The notes: generated from the sequence alone by a model not told the origin. A stretch of DNA of 64,000 bases from Escherichia coli (GCF_003334765.1 NZ_QOWT01000002.1); one strand, 5' to 3'. Numbered from the stretch's first letter, positions 1 through 17,037 are shown. Numbers and translations: made by a program.

Positions 1-43
1 CGAAACTTTGGATAAAAAAGTGGTCGAACCGCGGAGTTACTTT

Positions 44-703
44 TTATTTTGCGGCGCGTGCCGCAGCGCGTTTGTGACGGATTATTTCGATGACGCCCGG
101 CAAAATAGAAACCACAATAATCCCGACGATCAGCAGCTTAAGGTTATCCTGAACCATCGGGATTGTACCGAAGAAATAGCCTGCGTAGGTAAAAAGCAGT
201 ACCCACAACAGTGCGCCGATCACGTTATAAGCGGCGAAATGACGGTACGACATGTGGCCCATTCCCGCAACAAACGGGGCGAACGTTCTGACGATCGGCA
301 CAAAACGGGCGAGAATAATCGTTTTGCCGCCATGTTTCTCATAAAACTGATGGGTTTTGTCGAGATAACTGCGACGGAAAATTTTCGAATTGGGATTACT
401 GAACAACTTTTCACCGAACAACCGCCCGATAGTGTAATTGACCGCGTCACCCACAATCGCGGCGATCAGCATCAGCACCACCATCATATGGACGTTGAGA
501 TCGTTGGTTTCCAGTGATGCCAACGCTCCGGCAACAAACAGCAATGAATCACCCGGTAAAAACGGCGTTACCACCAGACCGGTTTCACAGAACAAAATTA
601 AGAACAAAATGGCATAAACCCAGACGCCGTACTCCGCGACCAGCTCTGCCAGATGCACGTCAATGTGCAGGATAAAATCGATGAGGAAATAAATCAGGTC
701 CAT
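44..703 (-). CDS. dedA: DedA-family inner membrane protein
   Basis: 219 aa ORF, multi-TM, DedA/SNARE-associated signature (FLPGDSLLF); synteny upstream of truA. Confidence 0.85.
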   Translation of the reverse strand: MDLIYFLIDFILHIDVHLAELVAEYGVWVYAILFLILFCETGLVVTPFLPGDSLLFVAGALASLETNDLNVHMMVVLMLIAAIVGDAVNYTIGRLFGEKLFSNPNSKIFRRSYLDKTHQFYEKHGGKTIILARFVPIVRTFAPFVAGMGHMSYRHFAAYNVIGALLWVLLFTYAGYFFGTIPMVQDNLKLLIVGIIVVSILPGVIEIIRHKRAAARAAK

Positions 704-785
704 ATTTGCCTATGCCTTGTACTCGTCATCTTTCAGGCTGTAACTACGTTGGCTACAGCCTGAAATGTTCCGAGCATTATTCTCG

Positions 786-1598
786 TTAGTCCGCCAGAAA
801 TAGCGGGCCCATTGGCGGTTTTGGAAGATCATACCGGTCAGGGTAATCCACCGCGACCAGATACAGCCCTTCCGCTTTTGCCGTTGCTGCCGCCAGCGTT
901 CTGTCCTTTGCCGCCAGCAACTCTGCTATCCAGCTCTCCGGCTGGTTGTGGGCACCGACTTCCATCAGGCTGCCGACAATATTCCTGACCATATGATGTA
1001 CAAAAGCATTCGCTTTAATATCTACCACCACATAAGGACCGTGACGCGTGACATTAATATGCATAACGTTGCGCCACGGGGTTCGGGACTGGCACTGCAC
1101 CGCACGGAACGAGGTGAAATCATTCTCGCCCAGCAAGCATTGCGCAGCCCGATGCATCCGTTCAGCGTCCAGCGGTTCGTAAAAATGGGTTACCCCTTTA
1201 CTCAGTACCGCCGGGCGCAGCCGATGATTGTAGATGATGTAGCGATAACGGCGAGCCGTGGCGCTAAATCGGGCATGAAAATCATCAGGTACAGCTTTAA
1301 CCCAACGCACAGCGATGTCACCAGGTAAATTCGCATTTACGCCCAAGGTCCACGCCGCGTCTTTGCGCAGCGCGGTTGTTTCGAAATGCACAACCTGCCC
1401 GGTACCGTGTACCCCTGCGTCAGTACGCCCGGCGCAGAAGACGGTGATGGGTTCGTTCGCCACCTGGGAGAGCGCCTTTTCCAGCTTCTCCTGCACACTG
1501 CGGACTTCGTTCTGCCGTTGCCAGCCGTAATACTTACTGCCGTCGTACTCAATGCCCAGCGCAATTTTATAAACTGGCGGTTGTTGCTGGTCGGACAT
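786..1598 (-). CDS. truA: tRNA pseudouridine(38-40) synthase
   Basis: 270 aa, GRTDAGVHG motif; position between dedA and usg. Confidence 0.9.
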   Translation of the reverse strand: MSDQQQPPVYKIALGIEYDGSKYYGWQRQNEVRSVQEKLEKALSQVANEPITVFCAGRTDAGVHGTGQVVHFETTALRKDAAWTLGVNANLPGDIAVRWVKAVPDDFHARFSATARRYRYIIYNHRLRPAVLSKGVTHFYEPLDAERMHRAAQCLLGENDFTSFRAVQCQSRTPWRNVMHINVTRHGPYVVVDIKANAFVHHMVRNIVGSLMEVGAHNQPESWIAELLAAKDRTLAAATAKAEGLYLVAVDYPDRYDLPKPPMGPLFLAD

Positions 1599-2611
1599 TA
1601 GTACAGATACTCCTGCACCAGTTTCTCGGCGATTTTTACTGCCATCAGCGCGCCGCCAAAGCGAACGTTATCGGCCACCGACCAGAACTGGACTTGCTCC
1701 GGCATACCGTAGTCATTACGCACGCAGCCAACAGAAAGATGCGGCGTACCCGAAGCATCACCTACCTGAGTTGGGAATTCGTTCTCTTCAGAGAGCACAA
1801 TATCTTCGCCTTGAACAAACGCATCACGCGCTTCTTCTGCTGCCAGTGGACGCAGAGCTTCAAAGTTGACCATCTGGGCATGACCGTAGAATACCGGTGC
1901 CTGGACGACGCTAGCCGAAATCATCAGCCCTTCGTCCTGCAGGATTTTGCGTACTTCGTCAACGATACGACGTTCTTCACGCACGCTACCTTCGCTATCC
2001 GGCAGTAACGGCAGCATGTTGAACGCCAGCTGACGCCCGAAGAAATCTTCTTCGTCAATCGGAATGCCGTTGAGCAATTTCGCACTCTGCCCCGCTAACG
2101 CATCGACCGCTTTTTTGCCCTGGGCGGAGGCTGAAATCAGGCTGGTAACGCTGATACGTGATAAACCGCCCTGATCGATTAACGGTTTCAGTGCCGCCAG
2201 CAGCTGGCTGGTCAGACTGTCTGGTACGGCGATGACATTCCGGTTCCGGTAATCTGTCAGTACAAACGGGTTTACTTCCGGCACCACCAGCGGTACGTCG
2301 GGTTCGAGAGCAAACAATCCACTGCTGTCGATCACCAGGCAACCTGAGTTGGTCGCTTCTTCAACCCAGGCAGCGGTAGCTTCTTTGCCTGCGACAAAAA
2401 ATGCCAGCTGCGCCTGCGTCCAGTCGAATTCAGCGGCATCCTGCACGGTGATTGTCTTACCACCAAAGCGCAGTTGTTCGCCTGCGCTTTCGTTACGTGC
2501 CAGTGCATAAATTTCCCCAACCGGGAACTGACGTTCAGCCAGCGTTTCAAGCAGGGCTTCGCCCACAGCGCCAGTTGCGCCCAGGACGGCAATGTTCCAG
2601 CCTTCAGACAT
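1598..2611 (-). CDS. usg: USG-1 protein, aspartate-semialdehyde dehydrogenase homolog
   Basis: 337 aa, N-terminal NAD-binding GATGAVG motif; truA-usg-pdxB synteny. Confidence 0.85.
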
Positions 2612-2676
2612 GGTGGTTTACTCCAGAAATAGCAAAGCTCCCTGCCAATGTTACAGCAGAGAGCATGAAGAAGAGA

Positions 2677-3813
2677 TTAACGTGCCGGATGATGAACGGC
2701 GTTAAAACCCAGTTTACACAGCAATGATGCCGCACTGGCGTCATCACAAATTACATACAGAGATGACCATTCACGGCGCTCAAGATAGTTTTTGCGCAGT
2801 TTATCGAACTCACCCGGTATCCCGGCGACTTTACGCAGCGGTGCGTCATCGCGGCGCACATCATACACCAAATGCACCAGCCTTTTCAGCGTCGGTTGAT
2901 CGAGCGGGCCATGCAGCGTAATGCGACCAAACTCTGGCGCAGGCAGTAATGTATCCAGCGCAACGTGCTGTTCATGCCCAATAAACTTGCTATAAGCTTC
3001 AAACACTTGCGTAGTACCGCGTGCTTTACCTTCCAGGGTATAGCCTGCGATATGCGGCGTGCCGATATCCACTTTTTTCAGCAGCTCGACGTTGAGTTCC
3101 GGTTCGCCTTCCCAGACATCCAGCACTACGCTTAACTTCTGGCCTTCATTCAGGCAGGTCAGCAACGCAGTATTATCGACGACTGCGCCACGGCAGGCGT
3201 TAATCAGAATCGCTCCGGGCTTCAGGCTACGGATCAGTTTTTCATCCGCCAGATGTAGCGTTTTGTACGGACCATCTTTAAAGAGTGGCGTATGGAAAGT
3301 CAGAATATCCGCGCGCTGGACTAACTCATCCAGCGAGCGGAAATCACCCTCATCCCCACGGTCGGCGCGAGGCGGATCGCAAAGTAAGGTTTTAATCCCT
3401 AACGCTTCCAGTCGCGCCTGCAATCGACGTCCAACGTTACCAACGCCCACGATCCCCACCGTACGGTCGTACAGTGAAAATCCATCGCGTTCGGCAAGCA
3501 TCAGCAGGGAGGAGAAAACATATTCCACCACCGCAATCGCATTACAGCCAGGTGCAGCGGAAAAACCAATTCCCGCCTGCTTCAACCATGCTTCATCGAC
3601 ATGGTCGGTCCCCGCAGTGGCAGTGCCAACAAATTTAATGGGTTTTCCTGCCAGCAAAGATTCATTCACTTTCGTGACCGAACGCACCATCAGCGCATCC
3701 GCGTCTGCCAGTTGAGCGACGGGGATTGGACGCCCGGGAACCGCGGTCACCTCACCCAAACGGCTAAATAAGTCGCGGGCATAAGGCATATTTTCATCAA
3801 CAAGGATTTTCAC
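2677..3813 (-). CDS. pdxB: erythronate-4-phosphate dehydrogenase
   Basis: 378 aa D-2-hydroxyacid dehydrogenase fold ([12 protein letters not shown]). Confidence 0.9.
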   Translation of the reverse strand: MKILVDENMPYARDLFSRLGEVTAVPGRPIPVAQLADADALMVRSVTKVNESLLAGKPIKFVGTATAGTDHVDEAWLKQAGIGFSAAPGCNAIAVVEYVFSSLLMLAERDGFSLYDRTVGIVGVGNVGRRLQARLEALGIKTLLCDPPRADRGDEGDFRSLDELVQRADILTFHTPLFKDGPYKTLHLADEKLIRSLKPGAILINACRGAVVDNTALLTCLNEGQKLSVVLDVWEGEPELNVELLKKVDIGTPHIAGYTLEGKARGTTQVFEAYSKFIGHEQHVALDTLLPAPEFGRITLHGPLDQPTLKRLVHLVYDVRRDDAPLRKVAGIPGEFDKLRKNYLERREWSSLYVICDDASAASLLCKLGFNAVHHPAR

Positions 3814-3911
3814 GTTTGTGTTACCTGTATGAGACGAGAGTTAACCGGACAAGTGTGCCATAATCTCGCGGCCAGGCATACTTGCGAAGATTTCAGGTAT
3901 AAGGATACGTA

Positions 3912-6085
<2,174 letters not shown>

Positions 6086-6243
6086 TTACTCCAGAATGCA
6101 GCGCAAGGCGAGGAGTATCCCCGTCTCATCTCTCTGGTTTCAGGGTTACGGTGCGTTGGCAGGATTTAACGCGTACGTCTTTTCAGAAGGAAATCGACAA
6201 AGCGGGAAGTTTGCCTGGAACTGGCGGCGATTGTCAATGATGT

Positions 6244-6272
6244 GAAAAAGGGAACCATCAGGTTCCCTTTTG
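6244..6272 (-). terminator. rho-independent terminator downstream of fabB
   Basis: GC hairpin agggaacc-atca-ggttccct flanked by A-run and T-run. Confidence 0.6.
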
Positions 6273-6277
6273 CGTTA

Positions 6278-6340
6278 GTGCCGGAGGCCGCATTGGCGCG
6301 TAACGTCGGATGCGACGCTGGCGCGTCTACTCCGACCTAC
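6278..6340. repeat. REP-like palindromic element
   Basis: gccggaggccgc...gatgcgacgctggcgcgtctactccgacctac resembles REP consensus. Confidence 0.5.
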
Positions 6341-6346
6341 TGCGAA

Positions 6347-7567
6347 TTAATCTTTCAGCTTGCGCATTACCAGCGTGGCGTTGGTGCCGCCGAAGCCGAA
6401 GCTGTTAGACATAACGGTGGTCAGTTCGCGATCGGTCGTTTCGGTCACGATGTTCAGACCCGCAGCCTGCTCGTCCAGCTCTTCAATGTTGATGCTCGGG
6501 GCGATAAAGCCGTGTTCCAGCATCAGCAGAGAGTAGATAGCTTCCTGTACGCCAGCAGCGCCCAGAGAGTGACCGGTCATGGCTTTGGTTGCAGAAATCG
6601 CCGGGCTCTTATCGCCGAACACTTCACGGATAGCTGCCAGCTCTTTCACGTCGCCAACCGGAGTCGAAGTACCGTGGGAGTTCAGGTAATCGATTGGGGT
6701 ATCAACGCCATGCATCGCCATCTTCATGCAGCGTACTGCGCCTTCGCCAGACGGAGCAACCATGTCTGCACCATCAGAGGTTGCGCCGTAGCCAACGATT
6801 TCAGCATAGATGTGAGCACCACGCGCCAGCGCGTGTTCCAGCTCTTCAACCACTACCATACCGCCGCCGCCAGCGATAACGAAACCGTCACGGTGAGCGT
6901 CGTAAGTACGGGAGGCTTTTTCCGGGGTGTCGTTGTATTTAGTAGACAGCGCACCCATTGCGTCGAATTCGCAAGCCATTTCCCAGCACAGCTCTTCGCC
7001 GCCGCCAGCAAACACGATGTCCTGTTTGCCCAGTTGGATCTGCTCTACTGCGTTACCGATACAGTGTGCGGAAGTCGCACACGCGGAGCTGATGGAGTAG
7101 TTAACGCCATGAATTTTAAACGGGGTGGCGAGGCAGGCAGAAACGCCGGATGCCATCGCTTTGGTGACCACATACGGGCCAACCGCTTTCAGGCCGCGCG
7201 GGCCGCGCATTGCGTCAGCGCCGAACACCTGGAAACGCGGGGAGCCGCCGCCGGAACCTGCAATCAGGCCAACGCGCGGGTTATTCTGGTAAGCTTCCGG
7301 AGAGAGGCCCGCATCAGCGATTGCCTGCTCCATAGAAAGGAATGCATAAATGGATGCGTCGCTCATAAAACGCACAACTTTGCGGTCAATGAGGCCAGTG
7401 GTATCCAGTTTTACGTTGCCCCAGACGTGGCTACGCATGCCGGAATCCTTCAGCTCCTGAGAGAAAGTGATCCCTGAACGTCCTTCACGCAGAGATGCCA
7501 GGACTTCCTGCTGGTTATTACCGATGCTGGAAACAATGCCCAGGCCAGTAATCACTGCACGTTTCAT
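6347..7567 (-). CDS. fabB: 3-oxoacyl-ACP synthase I
   Basis: 406 aa, condensing enzyme with active-site Cys in [12 protein letters not shown] context. Confidence 0.95.
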
Positions 7568-7614
7568 TCAATACCTCTGTAAGTCGCACATAGAGTAAGT
7601 TTCGAATGCACAAT

Positions 7615-7631
7615 AGCGTACACTTGTACGC
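7615..7631. promoter_or_regulatory. FabR operator palindrome in fabB promoter
   Basis: agcgtacacttgtacgc near-perfect palindrome 50-110 bp upstream of fabB start. Confidence 0.6.
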
Positions 7632-7659
7632 CGAACAAGTCCGATCAGCCATTTAATAG

Positions 7660-9732
<2,073 letters not shown>

Positions 9733-9750
9733 TCTGCTCTCGCAGTGTTT

Positions 9751-9833
<83 letters not shown>

Positions 9834-9852
9834 CTGCTCCAGACGCCGCAAC

Positions 9853-10131
9853 TTACTGCTGTGACGCCTGCTGAAACAGGTTTTCCCACATATCGGTCAC
9901 CAGCGCCTGGTCACGCGGCGACAATTCACCAGCACCAATGGCTTTTTCCAGACTCTGGCTAACGGTCGTATGCACCGCCTGAGCGGAGTGGTCATCACCA
10001 CTTTCCAGTTCTGCGATGGCTAATGTCAGGTGGCCACGCAAATACCCACTGGCAAACAACTCATCATCACTGGCATGGTCAACCATACCGTCGATTAATG
10101 CCAGAATGCGTGATTCAAACTCCGCGATCAT
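9853..10131 (-). CDS. yfcL: YfcL family protein
   Basis: 92 aa acidic protein, conserved position. Confidence 0.75.
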
Positions 10132-10164
10132 CTTCTTTCCTCATTGTAAAACGTGGCGCTGGCT

Positions 10165-10713
10165 TCAGTTGAGCGCTTCCGGCCACGGGAACTGTTCCGC
10201 CGTAAGTTCCGGCGTGTGATAATAATTTTGTAGTGCTTTAATGAAGCGTGCCGGACGTTCCGGAATGCCATTTGTCAGATAATCCATCACCTGCGCATGT
10301 ACTCGCCGTTGAAACACCACACGATCCGGTTCGAAATCCCCTTCCAGATTGTCGCAACTGACGTTAAACGGATATCCCGCCGCCACACAGAACAACCAGT
10401 CGAGCGCCTGCGGCTTCACTTCAACATCTTCAAACTGGCTTTGCGTTTGGGCATCGCGTCCGTCCGGGCAATACCAGTAGCCGAAATCAACCAGCTCACG
10501 GCGCGCTTTCCCGGCAATACACCAGTGCGAAATCTCATGAATTGCGCTGGCATAAAAGCCATGAGCAAAGACGATTCGGTTATACGGTACTTCCGCATCA
10601 GCAGGAAGATAGATCGGTTCGTCGTCGCCTTTAATCAGACGGGTATTAAAATCATCGGCAAAGCAGCTATTAAAAATTTCAATCAACTGCTCGTAGTGGT
10701 GTGTACTGTTCAT
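10165..10713 (-). CDS. epmC: EF-P lysyl hydroxylase
   Basis: ORF open to 10899 but conserved start MNSTHHYEQ at 10713; 1-nt overlap with yfcA stop. Confidence 0.8.
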   Translation of the reverse strand: MNSTHHYEQLIEIFNSCFADDFNTRLIKGDDEPIYLPADAEVPYNRIVFAHGFYASAIHEISHWCIAGKARRELVDFGYWYCPDGRDAQTQSQFEDVEVKPQALDWLFCVAAGYPFNVSCDNLEGDFEPDRVVFQRRVHAQVMDYLTNGIPERPARFIKALQNYYHTPELTAEQFPWPEALN

Positions 10714-11522
10714 TAGTTCATCCCCAACCAGTGGAGGATCTCCTGTCCGTGGCTGTCGTAAAGTAATTTGGCACTCATCACCGCCGAGACGATAACAATC
10801 ATCGGGCGGATCAGCTTTTGTCCTTTGCTCAACACCAGTCGTGAACCCATGCGCGCGCCGAGGAACTGCCCCACCAGCATGACAAAGCCCGTCGCCCAAA
10901 TCACTTTGCCGCCGAGAATAAACAGCAGTAAACCGCCGATGTTTGACGTTGCGTTGAGTAATTTGGCGTGAGCCGTGGCTTTGGCGAGGTTAAATCCGCA
11001 CAGCGTAACGAAGGCCAGCGCGTAAAACGACCCGGCAGCCGGGCCAAAGAATCCATCATAAAAACCGACGCAGCCACCGGCTATTAACGCGAAGGGTAAA
11101 CCGTACATCCGGCGCTGGCGGTCTTCTTCACCTAGCTTTGGCATCAGCAAGAAATAGAGGCCGATACAAATTACCAGAATGGGCAAAATCTGCCGTAAGA
11201 CATCAGCCTGAACGTATTGCACCAGCAGTGCGCCGCTCATTGAGCCGACAAAGGTCATGGCGATATTGAGTTTCTGATCGCTTAAACTAACCACTTTGCG
11301 GCGAATAAAGTAGATAGTAGCGGAAATAGAGCCGCCGCAGGCTTGCAGTTTATTGGTTGCCAGCGCATTAGCGGGAGACATCCCCGCTGCCATCAATGCC
11401 GGAATGGTGAGTAACCCACCGCCACCGGCAATCGAGTCGATAAATCCCGCCAGCATGGCGACAAAAAAGAGAACTCCCAGCAACAGCGGGGAAACCATAA
11501 ACAGGCTATTAAACGTTTCCAT
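10713..11522 (-). CDS. yfcA: TauE/SafE family membrane protein
   Basis: 269 aa multi-TM with Gly-rich motifs. Confidence 0.85.
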   Translation of the reverse strand: METFNSLFMVSPLLLGVLFFVAMLAGFIDSIAGGGGLLTIPALMAAGMSPANALATNKLQACGGSISATIYFIRRKVVSLSDQKLNIAMTFVGSMSGALLVQYVQADVLRQILPILVICIGLYFLLMPKLGEEDRQRRMYGLPFALIAGGCVGFYDGFFGPAAGSFYALAFVTLCGFNLAKATAHAKLLNATSNIGGLLLFILGGKVIWATGFVMLVGQFLGARMGSRLVLSKGQKLIRPMIVIVSAVMSAKLLYDSHGQEILHWLGMN

Positions 11523-12346
11523 TAGATCACGTGCTCATCCAGTAGCGCCTGGCAGGAAGGCGGCAACGGAGGCGGTGTCTTCTTCTCAGGCTTTGTTGTT
11601 CCCGGTTTTGGAGGTTCAAACCAGCTTTGCAGTTCTGCCCCGCAACCATCGCCTGATGGCGGTAAAGGTTGATCTTCACACTCCAGACTATCGGCAGGGC
11701 AACGTAATCGTACATGCATATGCGCGCGATGCTGGAACCAGGGTCGCACTTTGCGCAACCAGTCGCGATCGGTGCCCGCATCAAGGCAAAGTTGTTGTTT
11801 AATCGCCGGATTAACAAAAATGCGCGTGACGTCTTTGTCCTGGGCGGCGAGTTTGATCAAGCTGAAAATTTCTGGCTTCCACAGCGTGGAGACAACGTGT
11901 TTACCGTCGCGGGAAACTAAGTCCAGTGCTTGCGGGCGCAAGAGCTGCGCGGAGGTCCAGCGAGTTTTCGGCAGTTGCAGAAAGATATCGACATCCAGTC
12001 CGGTCTGGTGGCTGGCATGACCGCCGTTGAAACGCCCACCAGCGGGCATCCCCATATCGCCAATCAGCACCGTACCCATGCCCAGATTGCTCACCTGGCT
12101 ACTCAGACGCTGGATAAACATCACCAGATCCGGGTGACCGAAATAGCGACGCTGATCGGTACGCATGACCTGATAATGTTCGGACTGTATCGGCAGCGTG
12201 TCAGCGCCGACAATACAGCCATTAGAAAAACTGCCTATCGATTGTGCGCTACCCGGCACAGGTTGGGTTATTTTTTGCCACGGCGTCGCTGCCAGGCTGG
12301 CGCTACTGGCAAGCAGAGCCAGCAGCGCAATCGCGGTTTTATTCAT
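11522..12346 (-). CDS. mepA: penicillin-insensitive murein endopeptidase
   Basis: 274 aa with signal peptide; conserved His/Asp metal-site context. Confidence 0.9.
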
Positions 12347-12349
12347 TTT

Positions 12350-13435
12350 TTACCAGCGTGGAATATCAGTCTTCACATCGGCATTTTGCGCCCGTTGCCG
12401 TAACAGGTGATCCATTAAAACGATCGCCAGCATCGCTTCTGCGATCGGCACTGCGCGGATCCCGACACAGGGATCGTGACGGCCTTTGGTGATCATCTCA
12501 ACTTCTTCGCCAAAGCGGTTAATGGTACGACCCGGCACGGTAATGCTGGAGGTCGGTTTCAGCGCCATATGGGCAATGATTTGCTGCCCGCTGCTGATAC
12601 CGCCGAGAATGCCGCCCGCATGGTTGCTCTGGAAACCGTCTTTGGTGATTTCATCGCGGTTCTGGCTGCCGCGCAGCGCCACCACGTCAAAGCCGTCGCC
12701 AATTTCCACGCCTTTCACCGCGTTGATGCTCATCAGCGCATGGGCGATGTCAGCATCCAGGCGGTCAAAGACCGGCTCGCCAAGTCCGGCAGGAACGCCA
12801 CTGGCAACAACGGTGACTTTAGCGCCGATGGAGTCGCCCTCTTTTTTCAGCGCACGCATCAACTCGTCTAACGCGTCGATTTTGTCGGGGTCCGGGCAAA
12901 AAAACGGATTTTGCTCGACCTGCGACCAGTCTTTGATATCCAGCGGAATGTCGCCCATCTGGGTCAGGCAGCCACGGATTTCAATACCAAATTTCTCGGC
13001 GAGATATTTTTTGGCAATAGCTCCTGCCGCCACGCGCATGGCGGTTTCGCGGGCGGAAGAACGTCCACCGCCGCGATAATCGCGCAGACCGTATTTTTGT
13101 TCGTAGGTGTAATCGGCATGGCCTGGACGGAAAACGTCCTTAATCGCACTGTAATCCTGAGAGCGCTGGTCAGTGTTTTCGATCAACAAGCCAATGCTGG
13201 TGCCGGTAGTAACGCCTTCAAAAACACCGGAGAGAATTTTGACCTGATCCGGCTCGCGGCGCTGGGTGGTATAGCGCGATGTCCCAGGGCGACGACGGTC
13301 GAGGTCATGTTGCAGGTCCGCTTCCGTCAGCGGAATGCCTGGCGGAACACCATCGACGATGCAGCCGAGCGCCAGCCCGTGCGATTCGCCGAAGGTGGTT
13401 ACGCGAAAGAGTTGTCCAATTGTGTTTCCAGCCAT
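12350..13435 (-). CDS. aroC: chorismate synthase
   Basis: TTFGESHG motif; start taken at second Met (MAGNTIGQ). Confidence 0.95.
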   Translation of the reverse strand: MAGNTIGQLFRVTTFGESHGLALGCIVDGVPPGIPLTEADLQHDLDRRRPGTSRYTTQRREPDQVKILSGVFEGVTTGTSIGLLIENTDQRSQDYSAIKDVFRPGHADYTYEQKYGLRDYRGGGRSSARETAMRVAAGAIAKKYLAEKFGIEIRGCLTQMGDIPLDIKDWSQVEQNPFFCPDPDKIDALDELMRALKKEGDSIGAKVTVVASGVPAGLGEPVFDRLDADIAHALMSINAVKGVEIGDGFDVVALRGSQNRDEITKDGFQSNHAGGILGGISSGQQIIAHMALKPTSSITVPGRTINRFGEEVEMITKGRHDPCVGIRAVPIAEAMLAIVLMDHLLRQRAQNADVKTDIPRW

Positions 13436-13469
13436 CACGGCTCCGTTATTGTTGTGTTTGCGTGTTTAC

Positions 13470-14402
13470 TTAATCTTTATAAATCGCGAAATGTTCTCGT
13501 GCGGCAATAAGCTGCTCTTTGGTGAGCATAAACACACCATCGCCGCCGTTATCAAACTCCAGCCAGGTGAACGGAACATCCGGATATTGTTCCATAAGAT
13601 GTACCATGCTGTTGCCGACTTCACAAATCAACACGCCATCATCAGCAAGGTAATCTGCCGCGTTACCGAGAATGCGACGCGTCAGTTTCAGGCCGTCAGT
13701 GCCAGATGCCAGGCCCAGTTCCGGCTCGTGGCGGTATTCGTTTGGCAGGTCGGACATATCTTCCGCATCGACATACGGCGGGTTAGTGACAATCAGGTCG
13801 TACTGCACTTTCGGCAAGTCGCGGAACAGATCGGAACGAATCGGAATGACGTTGTGGATCAGACCGTGTTCTTCGATGTTCTGTTCAGCAACCGCCAGCG
13901 CGTCTGGAGAGATATCCACCGCGTCGACTTCTGCATCCGGGAAGGCATAAGCACAGGCAATGGCGATGCAGCCGCTACCAGTACACATATCTAAAATATG
14001 CTGCGGTTGCTTGCTGATAAGTCCGGCAAATTTATTGTTGATCAGTTCACCAATCGGCGAGCGCGGCACCAGCACGCGTTCATCGACGTAAAATTCATGG
14101 CCGCAGAACCACGCTTTGTTGGTCAGGTAAGCCACCGGAATGCGTTCATTGACGCGGCGGATCACGCGTTCAACAATACGGTGTTTTTCGCTGGAGGTCA
14201 GACGCGCGGTGCGCATATCTTCCGGAATATCCAGCGGCAGGTAGAGCGAAGGCAACACCAGCTGTACGGCTTCATCCCACGGGTTATCGGTACCGTGACC
14301 GTACCAGATATTTGCCGCGCTGAAGCGGCTCACCGACCAGCGCAACATGTCCTGAATGGTTTGCAGCTCATTTACTGCTTCATCAACGAAAATTTTATCC
14401 AC
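13470..14402 (-). CDS. prmB: ribosomal protein uL3 glutamine methyltransferase
   Basis: ORF open to 14735; likely GTG start at 14402 ([10 protein letters not shown]) giving 310 aa; NPPY motif. Confidence 0.85.
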
Positions 14403-14567
14403 GTATTCCTCCAGGGCATGATCGCAATAATTTCGGCGGCTAGTTTGCCATGAAGATGACGATAAATCAGCATTCACGCGCGGTGAGTGAGGAAAAATAC
14501 GTTTAAAACGATCGATTGCGCTACGAGTCGGGTAAACTGTAGGAAAATTAGAAATAGAGACAGATAA

Positions 14568-15119
14568 ATGAAAAAGAAAACAACACTTAGCGAGGAGGAC
14601 CAGGCTCTGTTTCGCCAGTTGATGGCGGGGACTCGCAAGATTAAGCAGGACACGATTGTCCACCGACCGCAGCGTAAAAAAATCAGCGAAGTGCCGGTGA
14701 AACGCTTGATCCAGGAGCAGGCTGATGCCAGCCATTATTTCTCCGATGAGTTTCAGCCGTTATTAAATACCGAAGGTCCGGTGAAATATGTTCGCCCGGA
14801 TGTCAGCCATTTTGAGGCGAAGAAACTGCGCCGTGGCGATTATTCGCCGGAGTTGTTTTTGGATTTACACGGTCTGACGCAGCTGCAGGCCAAGCAGGAA
14901 CTGGGGGCGTTGATTGCCGCCTGCCGCCGTGAACATGTGTTTTGCGCCTGCGTGATGCATGGGCACGGGAAGCATATTTTGAAGCAACAAACACCGCTGT
15001 GGCTGGCACAACATCCGCATGTGATGGCCTTTCATCAGGCACCAAAAGAGTATGGCGGTGATGCGGCGTTGTTGGTGTTGATTGAAGTCGAAGAGTGGCT
15101 GCCGCCGGAGTTGCCCTGA
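14568..15119 (+). CDS. smrB: Smr-domain ribosome rescue endonuclease
   Basis: 183 aa, C-terminal Smr domain (LDLHGLTQ). Confidence 0.85.
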
Positions 15120-15189
15120 GGAGTTGAGCGCGTTGCGCCAGGTACGGGTAATGGCAGGGGCGAATGCCCCTGCCTGGTGTATCTAAGGG

Positions 15190-16026
15190 CTACAACTCAT
15201 TCAGTATGTACTGGAACCGGCAAGTAGAATCGATTGGCTGCATACTGCTGGTATCAACACGCACGACCATATCGTGTAACTGTTTGTCCGTTATAGGGTG
15301 TCGATTTGGCGTGACCGAGACTTCCGCCTTGTCACATCCCGACGCGGTAAAAGTTATCATCTGTGCAACCCAGCGGCAGTAACCACCTGTTTCATTCATC
15401 TGCGTACTGTCGCACAACTTCCCATCTTTCATCAAATACGTTGAAAGCGTTTTCTCAACCACACCGCCCGTCGACTGCAGGGTGAGCAGTTTTGACTTAC
15501 TGACATAATTCTCATTCCATGAAACGTCATAAGGTTGAACAGAAACGGATGGACAAATCGTGTCGTGACTATCAGGCCCCTGATACGTCACGCCCCCTGG
15601 AGAGGCTTCAGAGTCATTCATAATAACCAACCATGGACAAGAAAAGTAAGATTCAATCTCTGCAGAGACAATAACCTCAAATGTATAATACCCGCAGTTC
15701 CACCCAGACGGTAATCCAGGACAACTTGCTTTGTTGATATTTTGATGGTAGCCAATCAGCTTAACCGAAGGGGCAGGAGGAGGACCACTCCAGCTCACAT
15801 TTTGCAATATTTCCCCAGTCATGAGCCATTGACTACTTTTATATTCACCAACGTACACTGCGGATGGCATCATTATTTTTAAATTAAAAGTCGCAATATT
15901 ACGCGAATCACCGTTGTAACCGTAGTAAACGTCAACGCTATGCCCGGCAGCCATAGCTTCTGTAGTAGCAATAAGCATGACCAGAGCGAACAACCATCGT
16001 AGTATTTTCATTTTAAATATACTCAA
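15190..16026 (-). CDS. yfcO: fimbrial-operon-associated secreted protein
   Basis: 278 aa with signal peptide; distal gene of yfc operon. Confidence 0.7.
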   Translation of the reverse strand: MSIFKMKILRWLFALVMLIATTEAMAAGHSVDVYYGYNGDSRNIATFNLKIMMPSAVYVGEYKSSQWLMTGEILQNVSWSGPPPAPSVKLIGYHQNINKASCPGLPSGWNCGYYTFEVIVSAEIESYFSCPWLVIMNDSEASPGGVTYQGPDSHDTICPSVSVQPYDVSWNENYVSKSKLLTLQSTGGVVEKTLSTYLMKDGKLCDSTQMNETGGYCRWVAQMITFTASGCDKAEVSVTPNRHPITDKQLHDMVVRVDTSSMQPIDSTCRFQYILNEL

Positions 16027-16552
16027 ATGTCGCAGTTAAAGAGGCGGTAAATTCACCGATCGTCACATCACGGCCGCTTTTCGCCTGTAGCCAGGCTCTG
16101 AAATTGATATCGTTATTGCCATTGGTTAGCGCAAAGGTCGCCCCATTTGTATTGTTGATGGCAACCTGCATTCCGTCGGTTTTTTCCATGCCAATTCCCA
16201 CTCCCTGAGCGGTTGATGACGTATCCAGTGCCAGAAAACCGGGTTGTTCGCTGTCTTCTACCCCCGTGAGCGTGACTTTTACGTTGTATCCCGCCGGCCC
16301 TTTGCAATCTTTCAGCTTAAAGACTACGGGTACACGAGCGGACTGGCCTGCAACGTTCAAATCCTGACGACTGACCGTGGGAAAGCGCACCTCTGCCAGA
16401 TATTGGCCATCCACCACCAGCGCACAGGATTTACTTAATAAATTACCGGAGAAATGCAGATTATTATCTGCCGCGAATAACGTGCTACTCATTGCCAATA
16501 TCAGCCCCGCTAACAGGACGTAACCACCGGACTGAATCATTGATTTATTCAT
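16013..16552 (-). CDS. yfcP: fimbrial subunit-like protein
   Basis: 179 aa, signal peptide, C-terminal donor-strand-like segment. Confidence 0.75.
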   Translation of the reverse strand: MNKSMIQSGGYVLLAGLILAMSSTLFAADNNLHFSGNLLSKSCALVVDGQYLAEVRFPTVSRQDLNVAGQSARVPVVFKLKDCKGPAGYNVKVTLTGVEDSEQPGFLALDTSSTAQGVGIGMEKTDGMQVAINNTNGATFALTNGNNDINFRAWLQAKSGRDVTIGEFTASLTATFEYI

Positions 16553-17037
16553 TGATAATCCACCCGTAATGTTGCGTAAGCCGAAAAATTCGTATCGCTT
16601 AACACAGCATCACTCGCTTTTACCGGTACGGCCTCCAGCTTCGGCTTTTGCGTAAAATCAGTGGCGTTGATAGCAAGCGGAGTATTGAGTTTAAAACGCT
16701 GACCATCGTGCTGAAGCTCGATACCAAAACCGGGTACATCAGTTTCAATTGCTGCATCATTAAAACTGGTTTGTGTACCAGTCCAGGTGAGGGTCATCTC
16801 CCAATCTGGATGACGGGTCGTCGAGTCACAAGTGAGTTCATATGGCACCTCTTTACGACCATAGTTGCCGTTGATGTCGTCGATAATGAGATCGCGAAAT
16901 TCGACTTCAATGGTTTTACCACCGCTGATGCTACAGGTTGGCGGTGACAATAATGTCCCGTGAAAGGTGATGTCTTCATCAGCAGCATGAGCTATGGCGC
17001 TACTGACACAAAGCAGGGTTAAGAAAGTCTTTCTCAT
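16549..17037 (-). CDS. yfcQ: fimbrial subunit-like protein
   Basis: 162 aa, signal peptide, C-terminal LRVDYQ donor-strand motif. Confidence 0.75.
   Translation of the reverse strand: MRKTFLTLLCVSSAIAHAADEDITFHGTLLSPPTCSISGGKTIEVEFRDLIIDDINGNYGRKEVPYELTCDSTTRHPDWEMTLTWTGTQTSFNDAAIETDVPGFGIELQHDGQRFKLNTPLAINATDFTQKPKLEAVPVKASDAVLSDTNFSAYATLRVDYQ

Noticed and set aside
6242-7477. 411-aa ORF on the plus strand across fabB
   Set aside because: It lies entirely antisense to the strongly supported fabB gene, has no RBS or recognisable domains; a shadow ORF typical of GC-rich coding DNA.
15153-15174. Hairpin ggcaggggc-gaat-gcccctgcc between smrB and yfcO as an intrinsic terminator
   Set aside because: Strong stem but no U-tract on either strand; cannot be called a terminator with confidence.
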